DNA of 64,000 nt. It comes from an uncultured Chloroflexia bacterium. Lineage in GTDB: Bacteria; Chloroflexota; Dehalococcoidia; GIF9; UBA5629. Location: contig CAWJIA010000016.1 in NCBI GenBank assembly GCA_963842805.1, positions 179,191 to 243,190 of the forward strand. Direction: 5' to 3'. The first letter of the stretch is position 1, and each line of letters begins with the position of its first letter. The notes beneath the pieces were generated by a model. The model was not told the DNA's origin, ran no database searches, and saw only the letters and a program-made list of their open reading frames with translations. The translations under genes were made by a program, and so were the position numbers. Positions 47,382 through 57,068 of the stretch are shown in pieces.

Positions 47382-48629
47382 ATGAATGAAAACCTGGCGA
47401 ACCTGATTGCTGAGAAGCTCCCCGTGCCTGTATTCAGGCTTATCCAGGCTGCCGGAGGCGCAGCTGCCAATTCAGGCATGGAGCTCTACCTGGTCGGCGG
47501 CATTGTACGCGACCTCTTGCTCAGCCGGCCTAGCGGCGATATCGATATAATGGTTGAGGGCGATGCGCTGCAACTGGCCGCAACCCTGGCTGCTGAGCTG
47601 GATAAAAAGCCAATCCTGCACAAAAGATTTGGAACTGCTACCTTTAAGATCGGTGATTACAGGATAGACCTGGCAACCTGCCGAAGCGAATCATACGAGC
47701 ACCCCGGAGCGTTGCCCACGGTTAAACCCGGCAACATCAAACAGGACCTCTTCCGCCGTGACTTCACCATCAATGCGTTGGCCATTTGCCTAAAGCCTGG
47801 CCGATTCGGCAGATTGATTGATTATTACAGCGGCCGGCAGGACCTCGAGAACAAACTGGTCCGCATTTTACATACTAATAGCTTCCAGGATGATGCCACA
47901 CGCATTATGCGGGCGGTGCGCTACGAACAACGGTTAGGCTTCAAACTGGAGCCCGTTACTTTAAATACGCTTGACCGCGACCTAGATATGCTGGATACCA
48001 TCGGCGGCAACCGCTTGCATCACGAGGTAATCCTGTGGCTGGGAGAAGCCCAACCGGAAAAGATACTTAAACGTGCCGGACAGCTGGGAATACTGTCCAG
48101 GCTCAACACATCGCTGGCCTGGGACCCGGTCTGGAGAAAAATCTTCCCATCAGCCAGAAAATTGTTTGAGCGAACCCAACTCACACAGCTGTATTTTGCC
48201 CTTCTTATCTATAAGCTGGATAAAAAGCAGTGTGACGCGTTGTTGAAGCGGCTGGGCATAGACGGGGGCGAATTCAGTGAAATTGCTACCGATACTTTGA
48301 AGTTGAAGGACAGGCTGGACATTCTTGATAAATCCGGCCTTAAACCATCGGAAATATATGCGAAGTTGAGCCGCTACAATAAAGTTGCAGTCCAGGCCAA
48401 CGCCCTGCGCTGTTCATCGCTCCACGTGCGCAGAAATCTTAGGCTCTTTCTCGATAGGCTGGCCTCGATAAAACCCCATTTGAACGGAAAAGACCTGATG
48501 CAAATGGGTATCCCAGAGGGTCGGAAGGTCGGGTTGATACTGGCAAAACTCTTAACTGCCAGGCTTGACGGTGAGGTCAGGACAAGGACCGACGAGGTGA
48601 GCCTGGTACGCAAATTGATCAACGGTTGA
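47382..48629 (+). CDS. cca: class II tRNA nucleotidyltransferase (CCA/A-adding family)
   Basis: VGGIVRD...DIDI, FGTA, DLFRRDFTINA, SFQDDATRIMRAVRY, NGKDL...G.KVG. Confidence 0.9.
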   Translation: MNENLANLIAEKLPVPVFRLIQAAGGAAANSGMELYLVGGIVRDLLLSRPSGDIDIMVEGDALQLAATLAAELDKKPILHKRFGTATFKIGDYRIDLATCRSESYEHPGALPTVKPGNIKQDLFRRDFTINALAICLKPGRFGRLIDYYSGRQDLENKLVRILHTNSFQDDATRIMRAVRYEQRLGFKLEPVTLNTLDRDLDMLDTIGGNRLHHEVILWLGEAQPEKILKRAGQLGILSRLNTSLAWDPVWRKIFPSARKLFERTQLTQLYFALLIYKLDKKQCDALLKRLGIDGGEFSEIATDTLKLKDRLDILDKSGLKPSEIYAKLSRYNKVAVQANALRCSSLHVRRNLRLFLDRLASIKPHLNGKDLMQMGIPEGRKVGLILAKLLTARLDGEVRTRTDEVSLVRKLING

Positions 48630-49230
48630 TAAACCACGGATGTACCAGGAAGGGTATCTGGTGTCCCAGGTAGGCTATCAGAAAGGCGCGCGGTAACTTA
48701 CCCACCCAGGTAGCCAGCAGACATTTCCACCAGCGTATCTTCAACGCGCCGGCGGCAATCCCCACCAGATCGTAGGGCACTATAGGCACCAGCGCTATGC
48801 CAAATACCGTCCATGCGCCGTAGCGGTTCATCCACGATGTAGCCCTTTGGTAGGCGGGCATGTGCTCATCGATAATTATTCTTTCGCCCACATAGCCCAT
48901 CCAGTAAGCCGTCATTTCACCGATAGCATCACCGGTTCCGGCTGCTAGCGCCACGAAAAACGGGTCCCACACAGCCGCTGCGGCCAACACAAAGACAGGC
49001 CCCGGCGCCGGAACAAGTATAGTGGCACTGCTCAGCATGCTCGCCACAAAAACAATTAAATAGGCCAGCCAACCGTAGCTGCGTAGAGAGACATTGAAGA
49101 AGTCCTGGAAGTGGTATAGCAGCAGGGCGATGCCGCCTGACAAAGCCAGCATGCCCAGCACCAGCAATGCCTCCTCAAACCACTTTAGCTTTTTCCCGGC
49201 GGGTTTTTTCGGTGCAGTATCAGGTTTCAT
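48619..49230 (-). CDS. VTT/DedA (SNARE-associated) family membrane protein
   Basis: ILVPAPG, GDAIGEMTAYWMG, PIVPYDLVGIAAG, GKLPR. Confidence 0.85.
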   Translation of the reverse strand: MKPDTAPKKPAGKKLKWFEEALLVLGMLALSGGIALLLYHFQDFFNVSLRSYGWLAYLIVFVASMLSSATILVPAPGPVFVLAAAAVWDPFFVALAAGTGDAIGEMTAYWMGYVGERIIIDEHMPAYQRATSWMNRYGAWTVFGIALVPIVPYDLVGIAAGALKIRWWKCLLATWVGKLPRAFLIAYLGHQIPFLVHPWFINR

Positions 49231-50080
49231 TTTTTACTAAACTCGCAACGGCGTACGATTTTAATCCATTGCTTGCAAGCTTTAATTTAAGGGCCTCGGC
49301 CTGCGGCCGGCCGCCCGTTACAGCAAATAGCGCCGGCCCCGAACCTGCCAGGTGAATATCCCCACCCACCAACCTGCTGATCCGTGTCCAGTAATTTTCC
49401 ATTCCAGGGTAAGCATGCAAGGCAACTTTATCAAAGGCGTTATACAGCAAATGCGGGCTGATTTTACGTTCCCTCCGTACCTGTTCCCCGGCATTGTCCG
49501 CATAACGGCCTTCAGTAAACGCCCCGGGGCCGAGCATGCCGTACAGCCTTCCCGTCTTGCCAGGCTGTATCTTGATCTCAGGCCTGACCAGCAAATAATA
49601 TGTTTCAGCCATATCAGGCAATGGGGTAATTCTATCTCCTCTGCCTTCCGCCAGACACGTTCCGCCATAGATAAAAAACGGCACATCGGACCCGATATCT
49701 GCCGCGATTTCAGCCAGGTCTTTTGGGTATAAGTCGAGCGCCCACAATTTGTTCAGCCCGACCAGGGCCGCCGCGGCGTCGCTGCTGCCGCCCCCAAAGC
49801 CGCTATCCAGGGGAATAGTCTTCTCAAGACGGATGCGGACGCCCCCACTGAAGCCTGCCTTTTTTCTTAATGCCTCGGCAGCTTGGATAACCAGGTTGTC
49901 CGCCGATTGCAGGGCTGACAGGCTGCATCCGATTTCCAGGCGGTCGCTTTTTTCGAAGCTTAATACGTCGAACAGGCTGACCGCCTGCATGATGCTTTTT
50001 ATCTCATGATATCCATCGCTGCGTTTTCCAAGCACTTCCAGCACCAGGTTGATTTTGGCCGGAGCCCTGACCTTCAACAT
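49220..50080 (-). CDS. ispE: 4-diphosphocytidyl-2-C-methyl-D-erythritol kinase
   Basis: APAKINL, DGYHE, IP..SGFGGGSSDAA, GSDVPFF, GSGP; start trimmed to ATG 50080. Confidence 0.95.
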   Translation of the reverse strand: MLKVRAPAKINLVLEVLGKRSDGYHEIKSIMQAVSLFDVLSFEKSDRLEIGCSLSALQSADNLVIQAAEALRKKAGFSGGVRIRLEKTIPLDSGFGGGSSDAAAALVGLNKLWALDLYPKDLAEIAADIGSDVPFFIYGGTCLAEGRGDRITPLPDMAETYYLLVRPEIKIQPGKTGRLYGMLGPGAFTEGRYADNAGEQVRRERKISPHLLYNAFDKVALHAYPGMENYWTRISRLVGGDIHLAGSGPALFAVTGGRPQAEALKLKLASNGLKSYAVASLVKNET

Positions 50081-50927
50081 GAAAGCCCCCCGGTGATGCA
50101 ATATAAGTCACGCCACTCGGCCAGCTCCAGTGTCCCAGGGCGCCGCTGAGGATCGATTTGGGCCAGCTTCAATAGTTCCTCTGCTTGTACGGGCTCTTTT
50201 TTCAGGCCGATGGCCAGCGAATTATGCAGTTGCTTCCTGGGAGCCGCGAAGCCGCTGTGCACGAATTGCAGAAAGTCTTCCATATCTCCCACAGTGATCG
50301 CAGCCTCCGGCAACATGGTGAATTTAACCACAGCCGAATCCACTTTGGGCGGCGGGTAAAAGCCTTCAGCGGGTACACGGCAAATAATTTCAGGCCTGCT
50401 GAATATCTGCATGCTGACGGATAAAAAATTCATCTTTCCCGGCCGGGCCGTCACATCTTCGGCCATCTCCTCCTGCATCATGATGACCATCAAGCCCGGC
50501 TTCCATTTGCCGTGCATAAATAGATGAAGTATGGGCGAGGTTATATAGTAGGGAATATTGGCTACCACCTTGTAAGAACGGCTGCCACCCAAAATATCCT
50601 TTAAATTGACATGAAGGATGTCGGCATGAACCACCTCAAGATTGCTGAACTCGGCCATTTTTCCCTTCAGGCGCTTTGCCAGGTTCTCATCCAGTTCAAC
50701 GGCCACCACCCTACCCGCCCTCTCGGCCAGCTTTTCCGTAAGGGTACCCACTCCCGGACCAACCTCCAGAACCGTATCGGCGGCAGACAGGTCTGCCGCC
50801 TCTATGATGATATCCCTGATATTTTCGTCAATAAGAAAATTCTGTCCCAGCCTTTTTTGGCCTTTGCGTGCGCGCTCTGAAGCTGGTGGTGGATATCGCC
50901 CGGTTGTCCTTTCTTTTTATGCAGCAC
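50074..50927 (-). pseudogene. rsmA: 16S rRNA dimethyltransferase RsmA/KsgA with a 1-nt frameshift near the 5' end (real or sequencing error)
   Basis: Frame 1 from GTG 50927 reads MLHKKKG...HAKAKK; frame 2 continues RLGQNFLID...VLEVGPGVG...ANIPYYIT...FYPPPKVDS; one extra A in the A6 run (50853-50858) joins them into 284 aa. Confidence 0.85.
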
Positions 50928-50955
50928 TATATAGTAGAACGTAAAATAATCGAGT

Positions 50956-51223
50956 GGGCCGTGCACCGGCTGTCGATAGTGCCTTTCAGCTTACACTTGC
51001 CAGCCAGCTCCAGCCAGGCATCCCTGCGTCACCCGGAGCTTACCATTTACCGCTGCTTCCTTCCGGACCTGACGGGATTCATAGCCCTCCGCCGCGGAAG
51101 ACCCAACCTTCAACGCCACTTAACCATTGCAGTATTGAAAAGCAAAACCTCGAGCCGGAATTCAACCCCGCTAGAGCGGATCTCGGGTACAGGGCACCGC
51201 TAGTTCCCCGTTTAGCACGACCC
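50956..51223 (-). ncRNA. ffs: signal recognition particle RNA, large bacterial type with Alu domain
   Basis: Minus strand contains the domain IV motif GTCAGGTCCGGAAGGAAGCAGC; Alu-like 5' GTGCTAAACGGGGAACTAGCGGTGCCCTGTACC; ends pair (GGGTCGTGC / GCACGGCCC). Confidence 0.95.
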
Positions 51224-51261
51224 AATTCAAATACTACTACTCAGATTATGACTTTTCAAGG

Positions 51262-51993
51262 CTAGACTCCCCATCCCAACCTGCTCACCAGGAATTCCGG
51301 CAACTCTACAGCCTCCATTTTGTCCTGGGTCAAACCAATCTCATAGGATACCCTGTGATGGTGAAGTATCCCGTCATCAGAATCGTAGATAATGTAGGAG
51401 GCCCGGGGGTCGCGGTGCCGGGGTTGCCCCACCCCACCCGGATTGATGATCAGCCTCTTACCGGCCGGCATCAATATATCTCCGTCATTCAAATAGCTCT
51501 CCTTGACCAGCGAGTCCTCCTGCTCGAACAGAAACGGCACATGGGTGTGCCCCACCAGGCAATATTGTGTATCAAAATAATCGAAATTATCGGCCGCCGT
51601 GAAAGCGTGCGCTATATACTCCCAAACCGGCATACGCGGGCTGCCATGGACCAGCGTAAAACCATCCTGCACCAATTTCTCAGGCAGCGCCAGAAGGTAG
51701 TCCCGGTCATCCTCGCTTAACTGTCCCGCTGTCCAGCGGTTGGCTCGGGCGGCGTCGGAGTTGAAATCTCCTATATCGATCTTACTTACGACCGCCTGGT
51801 CGTGATTGCCGCTGACACACAGAGGATCCAGCTCCCTCAGCAACTTGATGCAGGCCGAGGGGTCCGGGCCATATCCCACTATATCGCCCAGACACCATAC
51901 ACGTTCGAAGCCGCCGTAGTTCTTCGCATCGTCCAGCACCGCCTGAAAGGCTTCGAGGTTGCTGTGAATATCCGCAATAATCAGGTACTTCAC
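51262..51993 (-). CDS. metallophosphoesterase (calcineurin-like)
   Basis: DIHSN, GDIVGYG, GNHD, HGSP, GHTH, NPGGVGQPR. Confidence 0.92.
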   Translation of the reverse strand: MKYLIIADIHSNLEAFQAVLDDAKNYGGFERVWCLGDIVGYGPDPSACIKLLRELDPLCVSGNHDQAVVSKIDIGDFNSDAARANRWTAGQLSEDDRDYLLALPEKLVQDGFTLVHGSPRMPVWEYIAHAFTAADNFDYFDTQYCLVGHTHVPFLFEQEDSLVKESYLNDGDILMPAGKRLIINPGGVGQPRHRDPRASYIIYDSDDGILHHHRVSYEIGLTQDKMEAVELPEFLVSRLGWGV

Positions 51994-52093
51994 GGAAGGT
52001 GGATTATATCACAAAAGCGGCTGCACGCCATTGATCTTATACGCTTTGACTGGCACAGGCCGTGATGTTACTATTAGTCTCTTACAGGAGGGG

Positions 52094-52498
52094 ATGATGT
52101 ACTACTTCGCCTATGCTTCCAATATGAACCGCAAGCAGATAAAGGAGCACTGCCCCGATGCAGTTGCTAAAGTCGTGGCCACGCTCCCCAACTTCAAACT
52201 CATCTTTACCGGGTTTTCCCGCGGACGTAAGGGCGCCGAAGCCACCATCAAGGGCTCCAGGGGCGATAAGGTTATAGGCGCTGTATATGAGGTTACCGAG
52301 GCCGGACTGCGCAAGCTGGATAAATGGGAAGAACATCCGGTCAATTATAAGCACCTCAACGTCAGGGTGTTTACCGATGGCGGCGATGTCTATGATGCCG
52401 TAACCTATATAAAGGCTGCGCAGCAGGAAGAGGGCAGGCCGTCACCCGAATATTTGGCCGTCATACAGCAGGGTTATCGGGACTGGGGTATTATTTAA
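52094..52498 (+). CDS. gamma-glutamylcyclotransferase family protein
   Basis: YFAYASNM, GAVYEV, LDKWE, PSPEY; AGGAGG SD before ATG 52094/52097. Confidence 0.88.
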   Translation: MMYYFAYASNMNRKQIKEHCPDAVAKVVATLPNFKLIFTGFSRGRKGAEATIKGSRGDKVIGAVYEVTEAGLRKLDKWEEHPVNYKHLNVRVFTDGGDVYDAVTYIKAAQQEEGRPSPEYLAVIQQGYRDWGII

Positions 52499-52505
52499 CC
52501 TTCCC

Positions 52506-53177
52506 CTAGCTGCTCTCAGCTATATCTATCTCGTTGATGACGTCGCCCTTAAAGGCAGGGCTTTGATTGGGATCACGCGGCATCAGCTTGTTCACGACAT
52601 CCATGCCCTGAATAACCTGGCCGAATACGCTGTATTTTCCATCCAGCGCCGGCTGCGGCTGGTAGCATATAAAGAACTGGCTTCCGTTGGTATTGGGGCC
52701 TTTGTTTGCCATGGAAAGTGCTCCTGTAATGTGCTTTCGCCCGCTGATCTCATTCTGGAACTCATAGCCGGGCCCTCCTGCGCCGGTGCCGGTGGGGTCT
52801 CCGCCCTGCGCCATGAAACCGGGGATTACGCGATGAAACGTGCATCCATTGTAATAACTCTTGCGCGCCAGGGAGACAAAGCTGTTCACCGTGACAGGCG
52901 CATCCTGTGGATACAGCTCACAGACTATGTCGCCTTTGACCGTCTTAATTGTGGCTGTATATTTCTTATTCACGTCAATAACCATCGGGATGGGTGAGTT
53001 ATAGCTTTTGGGTGTTTGTGATCCCATATTTAATACTCCTGTTAGATATAAAGTTAGGGTTAACCCGGCAAGGCAAACCAGTGTTACCAGAATTATCCCA
53101 GCTTTATTCTTATACCATTTATTTTGTACCTGGTTTTGATTCTGGCGCTTAGCTTTTTTAGTTTTGCGTTTAGTCAT
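52506..53177 (-). CDS. cyclophilin-type peptidyl-prolyl isomerase with N-terminal membrane anchor
   Basis: FHRVIPGFMAQGGDPTGTG, SMAN.G..TNGSQFFI, SVFG; start uncertain (53177 chosen). Confidence 0.92.
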   Translation of the reverse strand: MTKRKTKKAKRQNQNQVQNKWYKNKAGIILVTLVCLAGLTLTLYLTGVLNMGSQTPKSYNSPIPMVIDVNKKYTATIKTVKGDIVCELYPQDAPVTVNSFVSLARKSYYNGCTFHRVIPGFMAQGGDPTGTGAGGPGYEFQNEISGRKHITGALSMANKGPNTNGSQFFICYQPQPALDGKYSVFGQVIQGMDVVNKLMPRDPNQSPAFKGDVINEIDIAESS

Positions 53178-53286
53178 TTTAATAGACTTTCCCTTGTATT
53201 TTTTTAGTGACTTATTTATTAAAACGGAGTGCTGTTGCACCACAGCACTCCTTAGAATTTCAAGTCAATTGATTATAGGATATAAC

Positions 53287-53646
53287 TTAAAAGCTGCCAA
53301 AGACCGAGTTATACCCCAAGACCATTCTTACGACCATATACAAAAGAAACATCAGCCCACCCATAAACAGGAGCAGGCATAACGTTCTCCAGAAAAGTCC
53401 CCAGGCCAGTGCCCAGGTGGGTTTTATGTCAACCTTTTTCTCCGACTGCACAGGAGGTGGCAAAACCGTTGTCATCATAGGCTGACCTACCACGCCACCC
53501 ACACCCGCCATAGGCGCAGCAATGCCGGTTACGACCGGCACATGCGGACGGGCGGCCGTCCCCAGGTTTGCTCCGCACGATACGCAGAATTGCTGGTTAG
53601 CAGCGTTCTGAGAACCACAATTGGGACATGTCACCATTTGCTGCAT
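53287..53646 (-). CDS. zinc-ribbon domain membrane protein
   Basis: CPNCG...FCVSCG, Pro-rich linker, C-terminal TM. Confidence 0.75.
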   Translation of the reverse strand: MQQMVTCPNCGSQNAANQQFCVSCGANLGTAARPHVPVVTGIAAPMAGVGGVVGQPMMTTVLPPPVQSEKKVDIKPTWALAWGLFWRTLCLLLFMGGLMFLLYMVVRMVLGYNSVFGSF

Positions 53647-53761
53647 AAATCACCGCCTGATTATTTACTTTCTTGCATTATATACGTGGTATGGATGTAT
53701 ATCAAGACCCGATCATATTATTTTTTCGTGCAATGAAATATCCCTGTGTTATAATCACGCC

Positions 53762-54778
53762 ATGCGTGTAGCTGAACTGGGTGAATTCGGCCTGATCGAT
53801 AAACTGGCCTGTCTCATCAATAAGAAAAGCCTTAAAAAGTCCGGCTATTGGAAGGACATGCTGATCGGGATCGGCGACGACGCGGCAGCCTGGAAATCAC
53901 GAAGCGGCATAGAGCTGATCACAACCGACATACTTGTCGAGGATATCCATTTCGATTTCTCGTACACAGGTTGGCAGGACCTGGGCTGGAAATCAATAGC
54001 CATAAATATTAGCGATATATACGCTATGGGCGGCAGGCCCCAATACGCACTGGTCTCCCTGGCAGTGCCGGGGTCACGCCGGGTCAGCGATGTGCTGGCC
54101 ATGTATGAAGGCATGATAGAGATATGCAACAAATACGGGGCCGTACTGGCCGGAGGTAATATCTCAGCTTCGGAAAAGGTGGCTGTCAACGTGACTCTGA
54201 CTGGCATTGCGGGCAAGAATGTCATGATCCGTTCCGCCGCCAGGCCGGGCGACCTGATCGCCGTTTTCGGGCATCCAGGTCTCTCCGCGGCCGGTTTGAA
54301 AGCCCTCACCGGCCAAAAGAAAATAGACGAGCCAGATACGAAGGTATTGTACAAAGCGCACCTGCATCCTGCCCCCGGACTGCATTCCGGCCCCAGGCTG
54401 GCAGCCTGCGGAGTGCAGGCCGCCATCGATACCAGCGACGGACTGCTATTGGACCTCGGACATATATGCGAGGCGAGTCGCACCAGCGCGGTAATTTACG
54501 AGCAAAACCTGCCAGTGCACCGTCTCTTAAAAAGGTATTTTAAGCAGGAATACCCGGAACTCGTTCTGACCGGGGGCGAGGATTATCAACTGCTTTTCAC
54601 GGCCGAACCTGAGACCATGAATACCGTAATCAAGGCGATGAAACCTGCTCCGGCCGTCATCGGTGAGATAATATCCGGCAAATCGGGCAAAATAACCGTC
54701 CTGGATGCCAGCGGGAAAACTCTGGCTTTCAACCGCAAAGGATGGGACCACTATAAGAGGCCATCCGGTCATGGGTAA
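53762..54778 (+). CDS. thiL: thiamine-phosphate kinase
   Basis: GEFGLI, GIGDDAA, NISDIYAMGG, DTSDGL, GGEDYQL, GWDHY; start trimmed to ATG 53762. Confidence 0.95.
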   Translation: MRVAELGEFGLIDKLACLINKKSLKKSGYWKDMLIGIGDDAAAWKSRSGIELITTDILVEDIHFDFSYTGWQDLGWKSIAINISDIYAMGGRPQYALVSLAVPGSRRVSDVLAMYEGMIEICNKYGAVLAGGNISASEKVAVNVTLTGIAGKNVMIRSAARPGDLIAVFGHPGLSAAGLKALTGQKKIDEPDTKVLYKAHLHPAPGLHSGPRLAACGVQAAIDTSDGLLLDLGHICEASRTSAVIYEQNLPVHRLLKRYFKQEYPELVLTGGEDYQLLFTAEPETMNTVIKAMKPAPAVIGEIISGKSGKITVLDASGKTLAFNRKGWDHYKRPSGHG

Positions 54779-55271
54779 TTTCACCCTTTCCACCCACAGC
54801 CCCGAAGCGACCCGCAGGCTAGGCATGTTACTCGGAAACCTGGCACAGGGCAGCGACATATATTTGCTGAGCGGCAACCTTGGGACCGGTAAAACATGCC
54901 TTATCCAGGGTATCGCCTTCGGACTGGGAGTTAAAGAATACGCCTGCAGCCCGTCCTTTATGATCGCCCGTGAGTACCATGGCCGCCTTATCCTTTATCA
55001 CCTTGACCTTTATAGACTGGACCACATCGAGGAGATATTCGACCTCGGGCTTGACGAGTATTTCAGGGAGGATGCAATATGCGCCATCGAGTGGGCCGAG
55101 AAGGCGAAGGGAGCATTGACCGGAGACAACCTCATCATCGAGCTCGCACATATTGGGAAGGACAGCCGCAAGATAAGCTTTATTCCACGGGGACCGCGCT
55201 ATGCAGATCTTGTGAAGCATTTAAAGGAACAACTTAAGCAGGATAAAGAAGAAAATTGGAACTTTCGATAG
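54771..55271 (+). CDS. tsaE: tRNA t6A biosynthesis ATPase
   Basis: GNLGTGKT, SPSF, HLDLYRL, IEW. Confidence 0.95.
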   Translation: MGNFTLSTHSPEATRRLGMLLGNLAQGSDIYLLSGNLGTGKTCLIQGIAFGLGVKEYACSPSFMIAREYHGRLILYHLDLYRLDHIEEIFDLGLDEYFREDAICAIEWAEKAKGALTGDNLIIELAHIGKDSRKISFIPRGPRYADLVKHLKEQLKQDKEENWNFR

Positions 55272-55936
55272 ACACATCCACAAGTTGGGCTGGGCTGGCA
55301 CTGTCGCAAGAGGGCCAACTCATAGCCGAGCTCACCTGGAAGCCAGGCCAGAACCATACCTCCGAGATGTTCCCCAATATCGACAAGCTGCTGGCGATGG
55401 CCAAAGCCGACATTCATAACATGATCGCCATCTTCATAGCCAGGGGGCCGGGGAGCTATAATGGCCTACGCGCCGGCATCAGCGCCGCCAAGGGACTGGC
55501 TTTTTCACTGTCAATACCGCTGGTGAGTGTGAGCACACTGGAGACCGAGGCCTATCCCTTCGCTTTTACAGGGCTGCCCATCTGCCCTCTTCAGGATGCC
55601 GGAAGGGGAGAAATCGCCTCCGCTCTTTATCGTCTCGACGGAAATTGGAAATGTCTGAAGGAGGCACATCTGACAACAGCCGAATCCTTATGTAAAGAAA
55701 TAGCGGTAAAGACAGTTTTCTGTGGAGAGATCCCTTCTGCGGTCGCCGATATAATCAAGTCAACTCTCGGCCCAAGGGCTATCGTACCGGAATGGCAGGA
55801 ACGGGTGCGTCGGCCGGGCTGCCTTGCCGCACTGGGTTGGCTGAAACTTTCTTCAGGGCAGAAAGACAACCTGGCAACACTGCAACCGATTTACCTGCGG
55901 CAGCCACCCATCACCAAGAGCAAAAAGAAATATTAG
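55256..55936 (+). CDS. tsaB: tRNA t6A biosynthesis protein
   Basis: SIDTS, GPGSYNGLRAG, DAGRGE, PIYLR. Confidence 0.95.
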   Translation: MELSIDTSTSWAGLALSQEGQLIAELTWKPGQNHTSEMFPNIDKLLAMAKADIHNMIAIFIARGPGSYNGLRAGISAAKGLAFSLSIPLVSVSTLETEAYPFAFTGLPICPLQDAGRGEIASALYRLDGNWKCLKEAHLTTAESLCKEIAVKTVFCGEIPSAVADIIKSTLGPRAIVPEWQERVRRPGCLAALGWLKLSSGQKDNLATLQPIYLRQPPITKSKKKY

Positions 55937-55938
55937 CG

Positions 55939-56457
55939 CTAGGCTGCCTTGCCGGCAAAAAATTGAAGCAGCATCGTTATGAAGGGGCCGAAATTGGCGA
56001 CAAGCCAGTTTAAAACGTGCGAGGATGCCAGGATGCTGTTAAGCCAGCTGAGAATCGGATAAATATTGAGAAGTTTTACGAGTAATGCTAGTCCCAGGGC
56101 ACAGTCGATCAGGCCGAATATCCCTCCCAGCAGGCTCCATACAAATCCGCCATCCCAGACCTTGTCTATAAAATAGCGCGGAATCCAGAAAATGAGGAAC
56201 ATTGCCATGAGGATTAAACCCATCGTCAGCAAGAAAGACAGAAAATTACGCCATGTAACGATGCCGATAAAAGACAGCCACCCGGTGACGTGGCCGATAA
56301 AAAGCCCCGTCAGCAGCAGGGCTATAACAAATGCCGCTAGGCCGAAAAATTCCCTGACCGCCCCCCGCCGCAAGCCCCCGATGAAGCTGAAGATCAATAT
56401 GAGCGCCACTATTATATCTGTGACTACGCCGAAAGCCGATGGTATATCCATATCCAT
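55939..56457 (-). CDS. CvpA (colicin V production) family membrane protein
   Basis: DII...IGGLRRGAVRE, LLGGIFG; 4 TM. Confidence 0.8.
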   Translation of the reverse strand: MDMDIPSAFGVVTDIIVALILIFSFIGGLRRGAVREFFGLAAFVIALLLTGLFIGHVTGWLSFIGIVTWRNFLSFLLTMGLILMAMFLIFWIPRYFIDKVWDGGFVWSLLGGIFGLIDCALGLALLVKLLNIYPILSWLNSILASSHVLNWLVANFGPFITMLLQFFAGKAA

Positions 56458-56615
56458 TATATCCAGTACAGAGCTTCCCGCTATTCTATCTAATTAGCTG
56501 GATGTTAACAATCCTGGTAGGCTGCCTCGTCTATAACGAACCTGCCGGTGGCAAAATATACGCTTTGCAGATAAAATTAATACCCGCAAAGCAATAAAAT
56601 AGAGACGGAGTCGAA

Positions 56616-57068
56616 ATGGAAAGAACCCTTATACTGGTAAAACCTGACGGCGTGCAACGCTGCTTATCCGGCGAGATCATATCGCGCCTTGAGCGGCGCG
56701 GGCTGAAAATCGTGGCCTTGAAAATGCTGTGGATGGACGGGGCACTGGCTGAAAAGCACTACGCCGTGCATAAGGAAAAACCGTTTTTCAACGACCTGGT
56801 GAAGTTCATCACATCCGGGCCTATCATCGCTGCTGTTCTTGAAGGGGAGAAGGCCGTAGAGGCCACCCGGCAAACAATGGGCGCCACGGATCCCAAGAAG
56901 GCAGCCCCGGGAACTATACGGGCCGACCTGGGCATCAATATGGAGCACAACATGGTCCACGGGTCAGATTCTCCGGAGAATGCCGAAAAAGAAATAAGTA
57001 TCTTCTTCAAACCGGAGGAGATCCTCAAATACGGCAGAGATGTCGATAAGTGGCTTACTGGATCCTGA
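56616..57068 (+). CDS. ndk: nucleoside-diphosphate kinase
   Basis: [29 protein letters not shown]. Confidence 0.97.
   Translation: MERTLILVKPDGVQRCLSGEIISRLERRGLKIVALKMLWMDGALAEKHYAVHKEKPFFNDLVKFITSGPIIAAVLEGEKAVEATRQTMGATDPKKAAPGTIRADLGINMEHNMVHGSDSPENAEKEISIFFKPEEILKYGRDVDKWLTGS

Noticed and set aside
50868-51265. ORFs 50868..51203 and 50954..51265 on the + strand
   Set aside because: Antisense to the SRP RNA, no recognisable protein features.
53621-53761. Upstream extensions of thiL in the ORF track (likewise rsfS 57421..57570, GGCT 52031..52093, tsaE 54705..54770)
   Set aside because: They run through promoter DNA or neighbouring genes; family similarity starts at the downstream ATGs.
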